From NCBI GenBank assembly GCA_963663765.2, contig CAXXUA010000011.1, forward strand, positions 96,001 to 160,000: 64,000 nucleotides of DNA, written 5' to 3'. The position numbers were made by a program, and so were the translations under genes. The stretch is from Candidatus Poribacteria bacterium (lineage in GTDB: Bacteria > Poribacteria > WGA-4E > WGA-3G). Below the pieces are notes generated by a model. The model worked only from the letters and a program-made list of their open reading frames with translations, was not told where the DNA came from and made no database searches. Within the stretch, counting starts at the first letter, position 1; every line of letters begins with the position of its first letter. This document shows, piece by piece, positions 9,428 to 19,022 of this stretch.

Positions 9428-10488
9428 CAGGGTTATTCAGTTTTAGGAGTTTTCTGTTTTTGAGATTTACTGAAAGTTAATACCCAAATAAGGTTTCCTA
9501 ACTGCACCTTATACCAAATTAACCTAACTCGTAAGCGCGGGGCTCTGTGCCCGCCCCTGTCCTCGGCACTAAAAAATATACTAATCACGTTAATTTGGTA
9601 TTATACATCAATTTTAGATTATTGAAACATGAACATCGCTCTTTAGTCCCGTAGGGACGATATGTTTATAGAAAACGAATACGCTTCCCACCTCTTTAGT
9701 CCCGTAGGGACGATATGTTTATAGAAAACGAATACGCTCCCTACCTCTTTAGTCCCGTAGGGACGATATGTTTATTCTTCTATGCCGTTCCTACGGAACT
9801 CAAGAGAGATAGATAACATTTTTCTATAAACATATCGTCCCTACGGGACTGAAGATCGTTTCAAACTATGAAGGACACCTGCAAAACGCCATGCTTATGT
9901 GAAACAATGATTAACATATAGTTATTTAGCACAACTCGTTAAATTACTAATTGGTAAAATTGGTAATTTTTTCTTCGGAAAAACCCAGTCATAGACAAGA
10001 TTTGTGTACAGAAAAAATTACCAATTGCCTGAAAGTAGCGACTTGTACTAAATAACTATTTATTAAAAATTACTTCACATAGACAAGTGGATTTAACCGT
10101 CCTTCTTTTGCTTTGGATGATCTTTAGTCCCGTAGGGACGAAATGTTATATACCATACCCAATATATGTGAATTTAATATAAACATTTAGTTAACTGGTA
10201 CAAGTCGTAAGATTAGTAATTATATAGGATTTTTATGGTATTCTTGATTTTGGTCTGAACTAGGATTTTCAGGATTAGTAGATTATCAAGATATTACTCA
10301 TCAGATCCTAATCCAAAAGAGAGCATAAACACATATCAAAAACCCTTGACGAGGTAAATCCTGCTAATCTGGTAATCCTGAAAATCCTGGTTCAGAAAAA
10401 GAATGGATTAACTCACAAGAATAAGCTAACTCAAGGATTAACAACTGTGATAGAATTTACTCAATAAATTGAAAACTGAATAACCCTG
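9428..10488. mobile_element. Composite MITE-like element, TIR CAGGGTTATTCAGTTTT/AAAACTGAATAACCCTG
   Basis: Perfect 17-bp TIRs and 9-bp TSD ACAAACGAT. Contains nested TIR elements (9511-9601, ~9917-10059) and AGTCCCGTAGGGACG hairpins. Confidence 0.85.
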
Positions 10489-10536
10489 ACAAACGATATA
10501 CCAAAAACGCTACTCACCAAAAAAATACAATAATAC

Positions 10537-10565
10537 TTGACAAACTTAATTGTATAAGTTACAAT
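10537..10565 (+). promoter_or_regulatory. Sigma70-type promoter candidate
   Basis: TTGACA-17bp-TACAAT in an AT-rich region. Confidence 0.45.
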
Positions 10566-10853
10566 ATATATTACATATTAGATACATAACAAAATATATA
10601 AACATAATTATAAAACTGACACATTTTTCTCGTCTTAAAAACAAAAAGTTACAAAATGTTATATTTTCCAAAACTATTTTTTACATTCACAAGAAAACAC
10701 CAATAAAACTTTGCCACTACTGGGTTCACACCAAATTATAAAATGTTTTCAAAAAACGAAAAAACACAAAACAAAACATTTACATAAAGTACTTACTCCT
10801 AAAAATAAATGTCTTCAACCCTTACTATAACAGGATTAAAAGCCAATTTATAC

Positions 10854-10894
10854 GACATACCAACGGTATGTAAATACATACCAATTGGTATGTC
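10854..10894. promoter_or_regulatory. Tandem palindromic operator-like pair upstream of nnr
   Basis: ACATACCAACGGTATGT and ACATACCAATTGGTATGT; the whole block is also an inverted repeat. Confidence 0.5.
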
Positions 10895-10982
10895 CTCAAA
10901 CAAGAGGAAACAGTTTAGAGCAACACAAAACTAACAACAATATGTTATATTCAAAGACTCTACAAATCCAGGTGAAAATGGA

Positions 10983-12590
10983 ATGAAAGTTGTAACTGCT
11001 GCGGAAATGCGTAAGATTGACGATGATACTATCAACGGTATCGGTATACCAGGTATAGTTCTCATGGAAACTGCTGGGAACGAAATCGTACGTTCTATTG
11101 AAAAGCATTATCCAAATGCTCACCGTTTTGCAATCTTTGTAGGTAAAGGCAATAACGGTGGAGATGGACTTGTCATCGCACGACAACTTGCACACATAGG
11201 ACATATAGTAAATATCTTCCTTGTTTCTCCACCTGAGAGTTTCACTGGAGAAGCACTAACGAATCTGGAAATTGTTAGAAAATTATGTCTACACTGTGAG
11301 CAAATCTTAGTAGGTAATCCACTCAGTGATGGTTTGGAGAGAGATACATCCAAAAACCATCATGTCTTTATACAGAAACAACTAAGCTTTATAGAAAACT
11401 GTGATTTACTGATTGATGCAATTTTCGGGATAGGATTGAATCGTGAAGTACGAGAACCCATAGCAAATACAATTAAAACCATCAATAAACTCAATAAACC
11501 TATCCTTTCAGTTGATTTGCCTTCAGGTTTAGATGCAGATACTGGAAAACCATTGGGTACTTGCATTCAAGCGGAAAGAACAGTTTCAATTGGTTTGCCA
11601 AAAAGAGGTTTGATGTTACCACCAGGGAGACAATATACAGGTAAATTAGATATTATTGACATCGGATTCCCAAAAAAAGTAATTGAGGCACAAGGAATAA
11701 AGTGTAATTGGACATCTAAAAAAGAAGTTACTAAGTGGATACCTACACGTTCACCCGACTCACATAAGGGAAGTTATGGACGAGTACTCGTTCTTGCAGG
11801 ATCTACCGGAATGACGGGGGCTGCAGCACTCGCAAGTGAAGCAGCACTACGTACAGGCGCAGGATTAGTTACGCTTGCAATTCCAAAAAGTCTCAACACT
11901 ATTTTGGAAGTAAAACTGTCTGAAGTCATGACTCTACCACTCCCCGAAACGGATGTGGGGAGTATTGCAGAATCGGCAACTGAACAGATCCTTGACCATG
12001 CACTCAAGCACAAATCTATAATTGCAATCGGTCCGGGGCTTTCTCAACATCCTGAAACAGTTGCACTTGTTCATCAATTGATTTATAGGAATAAGAATGA
12101 TCAGCTTGGGTTAAATTTTATTATTGATGCTGACGGTCTTAATGCCTTAGCACAAAAGACAGAACTCATCCATTTGCTTGACAATCATGCCGTTCTTACA
12201 CCACATCTGGGAGAGATGGCACGGTTAACCAACTACTCTATTGAGGAATTAAAAACAGACAGAATTCGTGTTGCAGAAGAATTTTCTCAAAAATACGGTG
12301 TTACTCTTGTACTTAAAGGTTCACCCACTATTGTTGCACAACCAAATAATGAAATATGGATCAACTCTACAGGTAATCCGGGTATGGCAACCGCAGGAAT
12401 GGGAGATGTCTTAACTGGGATAATTACCGGTTTAATAGCACAAAATGTAGAAAACCATACTGCTGCAACACTCGGTGTTTATTTACACGGTTTAGCAGGT
12501 GACATAGTCGCAAAATCCAAAGGTACACATGGTCTCATTGCAACTGATGTTTTAAACACGATTCCAATGGCAATATCAACTTTATACTAA
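10983..12590 (+). CDS. nnr: Bifunctional NAD(P)H-hydrate epimerase/dehydratase (YjeF)
   Basis: GKGNNGGDG, DAIFGIG, DLPSG, SHKGSYG, IGPGL, DADGLN, TPHLGEMARL, AGMGDVLTG. Confidence 0.96.
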   Translation: MKVVTAAEMRKIDDDTINGIGIPGIVLMETAGNEIVRSIEKHYPNAHRFAIFVGKGNNGGDGLVIARQLAHIGHIVNIFLVSPPESFTGEALTNLEIVRKLCLHCEQILVGNPLSDGLERDTSKNHHVFIQKQLSFIENCDLLIDAIFGIGLNREVREPIANTIKTINKLNKPILSVDLPSGLDADTGKPLGTCIQAERTVSIGLPKRGLMLPPGRQYTGKLDIIDIGFPKKVIEAQGIKCNWTSKKEVTKWIPTRSPDSHKGSYGRVLVLAGSTGMTGAAALASEAALRTGAGLVTLAIPKSLNTILEVKLSEVMTLPLPETDVGSIAESATEQILDHALKHKSIIAIGPGLSQHPETVALVHQLIYRNKNDQLGLNFIIDADGLNALAQKTELIHLLDNHAVLTPHLGEMARLTNYSIEELKTDRIRVAEEFSQKYGVTLVLKGSPTIVAQPNNEIWINSTGNPGMATAGMGDVLTGIITGLIAQNVENHTAATLGVYLHGLAGDIVAKSKGTHGLIATDVLNTIPMAISTLY

Positions 12591-12614
12591 ACAGAAATAA
12601 AATGTGAGTTACAT

Positions 12615-12890
12615 CAATACCTTCGCCAATAATAGACAATCTACCAGATTGTAACTGCATTTGAAGTGTAGCACATTCTGCCAGATTGTGCTACTCATCT
12701 ATTCTGTCAGATTGCTGAATAGCCATTTCTATTGTAAATTAGATGTAAATTAGAACCTATGAAAAATAAAAACATTTCAACAAAAACCTGAAGGTATTTT
12801 TATTTACGTAATCATACAATAGGACAGAACAACAGTAGATCAACACTATATTCTCATTCAACTGAAGCATTCAAAATGGCGAAGGTATTG
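12615..12890. mobile_element. MITE-like element, TIR CAATACCTTCGCCA (unexpanded sister of 7265-7864)
   Basis: Perfect TIRs, TSD TTACAT, one full GTAGCACATTCTGCCAGATTGTGCTAC hairpin. Confidence 0.85.
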
Positions 12891-12894
12891 TTAC

Positions 12895-13305
12895 ATGAAA
12901 ACATATAAAATCTATCCAGTTGCATCAGCAGATGCGTCCATTGCATTTCAAATAGAATTGGATCTCAATGTATTAGCAGCTGAAGACGCACTTGAAAATA
13001 GTAGTCTTAAAGGTGCAGAAAGAGAAGAAACCCTAAAGAAACATATTGGAAGCGATTATGAAAAAGGATATCGCGGTACTGCTTGGGGACTTCACGGAGT
13101 CTCAACAGGATTGACACCAGCACGTTTAACTAAAATGTTGGACGCACACAGTATATCATTCGATCCTTGTGCTGAACGCGATACTTATGATCATAGCATG
13201 ATGGTCAATGTTGAAGAAGAATTAGCAGCACAGTTAGAAACCATCTCTGATGCTGTTTTGAAATCTATTGTTGATGAGTACAAAACACAATTGTTAGAAG
13301 CATAA
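12895..13305 (+). CDS. Hypothetical protein
   Basis: 136-aa ORF with protein-like composition, convergent with the next gene; no family recognised. Confidence 0.65.
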   Translation: MKTYKIYPVASADASIAFQIELDLNVLAAEDALENSSLKGAEREETLKKHIGSDYEKGYRGTAWGLHGVSTGLTPARLTKMLDAHSISFDPCAERDTYDHSMMVNVEEELAAQLETISDAVLKSIVDEYKTQLLEA

Positions 13306-13313
13306 TTGTAATG

Positions 13314-14408
13314 CTAATAATCAGCTACTGACCCATCAGCTAAACGACTATTGGGCCAACTAAATCCTCTTCCAGCGCTACTGACTTCAATGACCTTTGC
13401 TTCATCTACTTCAACACCTAAACCAGGACCTTCTGGGAGTGTAACATAACCTTCAGCATCCATTTCCCACGTCTTGTGTGCAACACCCGCAGGTAGGACG
13501 TTATCATAGCCTTCGTGAATTAGGAAGAATGGCACTGCAGCTGATAGTTGAAAACTCGCAGTTAAACCGAGATAGGACATCGTGCAATGCGGTGCAATCG
13601 GCACATGATGTGCTTCCGCAAGTGTAGCAACCTTCTTGACTTGTGTAATTCCGCCACCATGTCCAACATCAGGTTGCAGGATGTCTATCACTTGTGCTTC
13701 AAGAATTTCGCGTACTTCCCAAATTGTACGGTCACGTTCCCCTGTTGCTAATGGCACTGGTACGAATTCACGTATCTTACGCATCACTTCTATGTTACCT
13801 GGAACCCATGCCTCCTCAAGAAACAGGAGATCGTCTGATTTCAAGTGTCCTGCAAATTGTTTCAGTATCGGTGGGGGTAGGCAGCTATGCGCGTCAAACA
13901 TCACCGCTCCATCAGTACCAACTTTTTCACGTGTATCATGCACTCGTTGAACCATATTGGCAATTTCATCAGGGGTACCAGCGAATGGTTTTGAACCTCC
14001 CGGACCAGTTTTTATGGCTTTTGGACTCGGATATTTCCAAATCTTATCTCTACAAGGTCCGCCTAACAAGCGATATACAGGGACACCCCATAATTTACCC
14101 GCAATATCCCATAACGCCATATCAATAGCGGAGATCGTATGCACCATCAATCCACCACCACGTATATTGCGGTGTGATCGAAACATCCTTTGCCAGTGAT
14201 GTTCTATTCGCGTTGGATTCTCACCAATAATCATTTGCGAAAGAGAACGTGCCAATTCACAAGTGACTTTTGTCTCCATATTGTTGATCTCACCCCAACC
14301 GGTAACATCCATGTTGGTTTCGATCTTGATGTACGCTTTTTCTCCCATCGGATACGCAACAAGGTCCGTCACCCGAATTTGAGATCCCTTATCTTCATAT
14401 TCTGCCAT
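13314..14408 (-). CDS. Mandelate racemase/galactonate dehydratase-like enolase-superfamily protein
   Basis: SAIDMALWDIAGK, VPVYRLLGG, FDAH, LEE, ATGER, QPDVGHGGG, APHC, GPGLG. Start moved to MAEYED (RBS AAGGA). Confidence 0.9.
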   Translation of the reverse strand: MAEYEDKGSQIRVTDLVAYPMGEKAYIKIETNMDVTGWGEINNMETKVTCELARSLSQMIIGENPTRIEHHWQRMFRSHRNIRGGGLMVHTISAIDMALWDIAGKLWGVPVYRLLGGPCRDKIWKYPSPKAIKTGPGGSKPFAGTPDEIANMVQRVHDTREKVGTDGAVMFDAHSCLPPPILKQFAGHLKSDDLLFLEEAWVPGNIEVMRKIREFVPVPLATGERDRTIWEVREILEAQVIDILQPDVGHGGGITQVKKVATLAEAHHVPIAPHCTMSYLGLTASFQLSAAVPFFLIHEGYDNVLPAGVAHKTWEMDAEGYVTLPEGPGLGVEVDEAKVIEVSSAGRGFSWPNSRLADGSVADY

Positions 14409-14485
14409 GTTAAATACATCCTTTCCATGTGTTTTCTTAAGTTTTTCACAATTACAAAAGTTTGTCAACTACTATACAAAGTAAA

Positions 14486-14803
14486 GGGTGTGTAAAGTTT
14501 TTGTAGAAACCCTGATATTATAGTGGATTTTAGAATTATTTTTACACTTTCAGGTGTAGGAGGGAACTCCGATTCCCGACTATCAAGGTGTTCAGTCGCG
14601 ATTCGGAGATCGCTCCTACAGAAAAAGTGTAAAAATAATTGTATATTTCACTATAAAAGAAGTATCTAAAGTTTCTATCAAAGCTTGCTTGACGTAAGGG
14701 AACTGTGGACATCGTAGGGGCGAGGTTTCCTCACCTACGTAAAACCTCTGTTTGGGCGGGGAGACCCCGCCCCTACGCACAGTAACCAAAACTTTACACA
14801 CCC
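14486..14803. mobile_element. MITE-like element, TIR GGGTGTGTAAAGTTTT
   Basis: TIR pair and flanking direct repeat CAAAGTAAA. Carries GTAGGGGCG-type hairpins and a nested element. Confidence 0.8.
14519..14655. mobile_element. Nested MITE-like element with TATAGTGGATTT...TTTCACTATA ends
   Basis: Long imperfect TIRs ending in TA, holding an inverted REP-like pair; expanded sister at 46471-47167. Confidence 0.8.
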
Positions 14804-14813
14804 CAAAGTAAAT

Positions 14814-15229
14814 CAGGGTTATTCAGTTTTAAAAGTTTTCTGTTATTGAGATTTACTGAAAGTTAATACCCAAATGAGGTTCCCTAACTTCACCTTATAC
14901 ATCAATTTTAGATTATTGAAACATGAACATCGCTCTTTAGTCCCGTAGGGACGATATGTTTATAGAAAACGAGAATACCCTCCCCAGCTCTTTAGTCCCG
15001 TAGGAACGATATGTTTATAGAAAACGAGAATACCCTCCCAGTTCTTTAGTATCGTAGGGACGATATGTTTACTCTTCTATGCCGTTCCTACGGAACTCAA
15101 GAGAGTATGATAACATTTATCTATAAACATTTCGCCACTACGGGACTAAAGACACGGACAAGATGGCAACACATAAAATTAACGCCATAGCAAAAAATCA
15201 TCAAAAATACCTAAAACTGATTAATCCTG
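14814..15229. mobile_element. MITE-like element, TIR CAGGGTTATTCAGTTTT family
   Basis: Right TIR AAAACTGATTAATCCTG and 9-bp TSD AAAGTAAAT; the left interior is homologous to 9428 onward. Confidence 0.8.
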
Positions 15230-15321
15230 AAAGTAAATTAATCTTATTGTATCAATTATTGGATTTTGCTAATATATTGTTGCACAAAAAATGTTACACA
15301 CAATGAAATCGGAGGAAGATA

Positions 15322-16224
15322 ATGGCTGAAACCGTATTTGTAGGCGATCATGAAGTTACTTTTCCTGGACCACACCTTGGTGTATTGCGGGATTGCAATG
15401 CCGTCATGGACTCAGCAGAAGGATTGCATCAACAAATCGCTGAAGATGGGTATTTGCTTGTTCGTGGTTTAATTGACAAAGATAAGTTGATTGCTGCACG
15501 ACGTGCTATTCTTGAACATGCTAAAGAGAACGGAAAAGATGAAGTATTTAAACCAGGAACAGAGATGATGGATGCTATCGCAGGTTCAGGTAGTCCGGGG
15601 CGGACGATGGGTGCACCAACTGTCACACATCATCCAGATGTTCTGTCTGTCTTGGAGGGTGATGAACTATTTGCCTTCTTCAGAAAGTTCTTTGGAGGAG
15701 ATACTCGCACCTTTGACTACAAATGGCTTCGGTTTGTTCGTCCCGATGGATGGTCCGGACCACATTTTGATTTCGTCTATATGGGGAGAGGATCAAAGCA
15801 ACTTCATACATGCTGGATTCCTTTCGGTGATGTCCCCGCAACGATGGGAACTTTGACTCTTCTTGTCGGTTCACACAACCTACCCAGTTTTGCACCGGTT
15901 CGTGATACTTATGGAAAAACTGATGTTGACAAGGATGGCACACCCGGACATTTTGGAAGAGACCCATTGGCAATCAGTGAAAAATACGGTGGAGAATGGC
16001 AGACAGCGGATTTTGAAATGGGAGATATCATCCTCTTCACAATGCACACGATGCATACATCAACAAAAAATCTATCGGATCGGTGGCGTATCAGTTGTGA
16101 TATCAGGTTTCAACCCGCTGAACACCCGATTGATGAACGTTGGGTTGGGAAAAATCCAATATCTCACACGGGAGGACAGAAAATATCATTTGAAGAAGCA
16201 AAAAAACAGTGGGGTTTGGAATAG
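15322..16224 (+). CDS. Phytanoyl-CoA dioxygenase (PhyH)-family 2OG-Fe(II) dioxygenase
   Basis: DGYLLVRG, HxD (PHFD), CWIPFGD, distal H (MHTS), RISCDIRF. Confidence 0.9.
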   Translation: MAETVFVGDHEVTFPGPHLGVLRDCNAVMDSAEGLHQQIAEDGYLLVRGLIDKDKLIAARRAILEHAKENGKDEVFKPGTEMMDAIAGSGSPGRTMGAPTVTHHPDVLSVLEGDELFAFFRKFFGGDTRTFDYKWLRFVRPDGWSGPHFDFVYMGRGSKQLHTCWIPFGDVPATMGTLTLLVGSHNLPSFAPVRDTYGKTDVDKDGTPGHFGRDPLAISEKYGGEWQTADFEMGDIILFTMHTMHTSTKNLSDRWRISCDIRFQPAEHPIDERWVGKNPISHTGGQKISFEEAKKQWGLE

Positions 16225-16259
16225 GTAGGAAAGTAATTCATACTATATGGAAAGTTGTA

Positions 16260-16415
16260 ATACCAATTCAAATAAATCTTTTCTCATTAAGGAATTCTAC
16301 TGTTTATTGGCAGGGGGTTACTCTCTTCGGTAGGAGCGACCTCCCGGTCGCGACCGTGAGGTCGCTCCTACCAGATTTCCGCTGCTAATGAGACATTATC
16401 ACATGAAAATGGTAT
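16260..16415. mobile_element. ~157-bp MITE-like element (ATACCAATTC...GAAAATGGTAT) with an inverted GTAGGAGCGACC pair
   Basis: Near-identical to the four tandem units at 32267-32895. Confidence 0.8.
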
Positions 16416-16439
16416 AACTATAGTTTACTGGTCAACAAT

Positions 16440-17840
16440 TCATTTCAACAATGACCAGTCAGGTTCATCTTCCGGGTCACCAAGAGGACCGTGTGCATTC
16501 TTGACGATACGACGTTGTGAGTCATACCAATCATTGTAACTTGTGGCAGGTTGGAGTTTATCGTTTCGAGCATCCATCAGGTATGTCAAGGTATTCTCCA
16601 TTTCGACTACCAACGACTTTGCTTTTGGATCTTCAATCAAGTTGTTCATCTGCAGCGGATCTACTACTATGTCGTATAGCATCCGCTTGCCTGATAACCA
16701 CCGCGCATAACTATGGCTTTTTGTGCGAATACCTCGCCACTCGTTGCCATCAACAAGGTAATCATAAGTAGAACCAAAGTTCATAGTCAGGACAGCATCC
16801 TGTTCAAAGGCATCTGATTCATCACACCAAGATGTAGACAAATCATAACCTTCCACTGTACGAGGAGGTTGAATTCCACATAAACCACAAAGTGATGGGA
16901 ATAGGTCAACAGGTGCGGTAAGTGTGTCACAAGTGCGATTTCCCTCAAAAACACCCGGTAGTCGCATGATGAGTGGTACCTTGATGGATTCCTCATAAGG
17001 TTCTCTCTTTGCCCAGAAATTCAAGCCTTGTGCACCACCTTGTGTGCCGTGATCAGATCCGAAAACAAGTAAGGTATTTTCAACACGATCTGTCTTCTCA
17101 AGAAACGACATCAACTCACCTAACATATCGTCTACTGCTAAGATCATAGCAAGATAATGACGGTATGCAACTACTGATCTTTCTCGCTGTTTTTCTGGTA
17201 CGTTCTCTGGTAAAATGAGTTCGTCAGGAAGTCGGTCATAGTATTTTTGCGGGGCATATTCAAAAGGTGTATTGTGTGCTTGATGAGGAGAGATAAACAG
17301 ACAAAATGGTGTATTGTTGTCAACATCATCCATAAACTGGAAGGCGTATCGGTTTAGCGCGTCAGTTTCATATCCGTTCCATCTTTCGTTTCTCCATTTG
17401 TCCAGATTGACAGTACCATTGAAATAATCTGTGTGAAAATTGTAACCTCGCCAATGTTGGAATCCAAGTCGGTCGCGTCCTTCTGGAACATAGTCACGGC
17501 CGCCGATTTCTGGGAATGAACCTGTATGTAGATGCCATTTTCCAACCCACGCAGTCCGATATCCATTTCTTTTAAACACATCACCAAGTCCAATTTCATC
17601 GTGTCGTGTATTGACAAAATTTATTAGATGTCCAGTTGTCTGTGGGTGTCGTCCAGTGAGTAGCATGGAACGATATGGTGTGCATACAGGTGCAGTAGCA
17701 ATTGCATTGGAGAAAACAGTGCCTTCTTGTGCAAGTCTATCTATGTGAGGTGTTTCAATCTGTTTTTCTCCATAGACAGGCAATGAACACGCGCGGATCT
17801 GATCTGAAAGGAGATAGACTATGTTTGGTTTGTTTGTCAT
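16440..17840 (-). CDS. Sulfatase (Cys-type)
   Basis: KPNIVYLLSD, CTPYRSMLLTG (CxPxR), GKWHL, SDHG. Confidence 0.93.
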   Translation of the reverse strand: MTNKPNIVYLLSDQIRACSLPVYGEKQIETPHIDRLAQEGTVFSNAIATAPVCTPYRSMLLTGRHPQTTGHLINFVNTRHDEIGLGDVFKRNGYRTAWVGKWHLHTGSFPEIGGRDYVPEGRDRLGFQHWRGYNFHTDYFNGTVNLDKWRNERWNGYETDALNRYAFQFMDDVDNNTPFCLFISPHQAHNTPFEYAPQKYYDRLPDELILPENVPEKQRERSVVAYRHYLAMILAVDDMLGELMSFLEKTDRVENTLLVFGSDHGTQGGAQGLNFWAKREPYEESIKVPLIMRLPGVFEGNRTCDTLTAPVDLFPSLCGLCGIQPPRTVEGYDLSTSWCDESDAFEQDAVLTMNFGSTYDYLVDGNEWRGIRTKSHSYARWLSGKRMLYDIVVDPLQMNNLIEDPKAKSLVVEMENTLTYLMDARNDKLQPATSYNDWYDSQRRIVKNAHGPLGDPEDEPDWSLLK

Positions 17841-17854
17841 GACAAAAATAAATA

Positions 17855-18997
17855 TTAGAATTTTATGCCTAAACTGACACGGTGTGCATCCTGCAAATAA
17901 CCGAAGTCAGCAAATGCGTAATCAAGCGAAATCATTGTTTCGCGGAAATTTAGGTGAATACCTAAACCAAGAGTCAGTCCTTCTTCATCATCACTTTGGT
18001 CAGGACCTAATCGAAATTTATAACCAGCGCGAATAGCTGCTGCCTTTTTGAACCAATATTCAAATCCTAAGTTCAAACGTTCGCTGTTGTCGTTTGGATG
18101 GTTGCCATCAAGCGCGACTGTGAGTAGGTTGCTATCATTGTCTATTAAATCATAAGCGACTCCAAGTCGGAAATTGGAGGGTAATGGATACTCAATGGTA
18201 TCCAATTCTGCTTTACGGGCAGGATTTGTTGTATCTGGAAAAGGTTGATATTCAGCAGTAAGTTCATCCCCAGCCTGTTCAACACCGGTTTCAAGGTCAG
18301 GACCGCCGAAACTCATCTCTGGTCCGAAGTTTGAGAACGACATACCGATACGCAGACTTCTCCAACCTGTATGGTATAACGTACCAATATCAATTGCAAC
18401 ACCCCTTGCATTTGCACGATGTATCTGTTGATGAATGTATTTCACATTGAAACCAAGAGAAAGTTTAGCACCAGAATCCTTGTGATAGAGTTCCCTTGAA
18501 TAAGCTAAGGAGACTGCGGTGTCCCAGGCAGAATACCAAAGTCCTGTACCATCAGGTTGGGCAAGGGTTGTAATCTCTGTATCGGGGACATTGAGGAAAG
18601 TAACACTTGCACCTAATGTGCCGACCTTTTCTATCGGTGTTGCAAATGCAAGATAGTTATATCGGACATCAGCAAGCCATATCGTGTGTGTGTCAGAAAA
18701 ACTGGTCTTATCCAGCTGACTTAAACCCGCAGGATTCCAATAGATAGTAGTGACATCGTTAGCTATTGCGCTGAATGCACCGCCTAAACTATCCACACGC
18801 GCACCCGGTCCTATTTTGAGAAATTGTGCACCCGCAGTGCCAACATTCGTTGTCGCATCACTGGCAGTTACACTTGAATAAAGAGTAAAAACTAAAGCAC
18901 AAATTGCTAACAATAACAAGTGAAATACTGATTTTCCTTTTCTATTTAATCCGTTTCTATAGTCAACAAGACTATTACAATAATTGTCATTTCGCAT
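17855..18997 (-). CDS. PorV/PorQ-like (UPF0164, FadL-type) outer-membrane beta-barrel
   Basis: GTAGAQFLKIGPGAR..LGGA, YWNPAGL, PLPSNFRLG, GFEY, DYAF, terminal Phe. Confidence 0.85.
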   Translation of the reverse strand: MRNDNYCNSLVDYRNGLNRKGKSVFHLLLLAICALVFTLYSSVTASDATTNVGTAGAQFLKIGPGARVDSLGGAFSAIANDVTTIYWNPAGLSQLDKTSFSDTHTIWLADVRYNYLAFATPIEKVGTLGASVTFLNVPDTEITTLAQPDGTGLWYSAWDTAVSLAYSRELYHKDSGAKLSLGFNVKYIHQQIHRANARGVAIDIGTLYHTGWRSLRIGMSFSNFGPEMSFGGPDLETGVEQAGDELTAEYQPFPDTTNPARKAELDTIEYPLPSNFRLGVAYDLIDNDSNLLTVALDGNHPNDNSERLNLGFEYWFKKAAAIRAGYKFRLGPDQSDDEEGLTLGLGIHLNFRETMISLDYAFADFGYLQDAHRVSLGIKF

Positions 18998-19022
18998 AAG
19001 TTTCTCCTAATAGGTAGTATTC

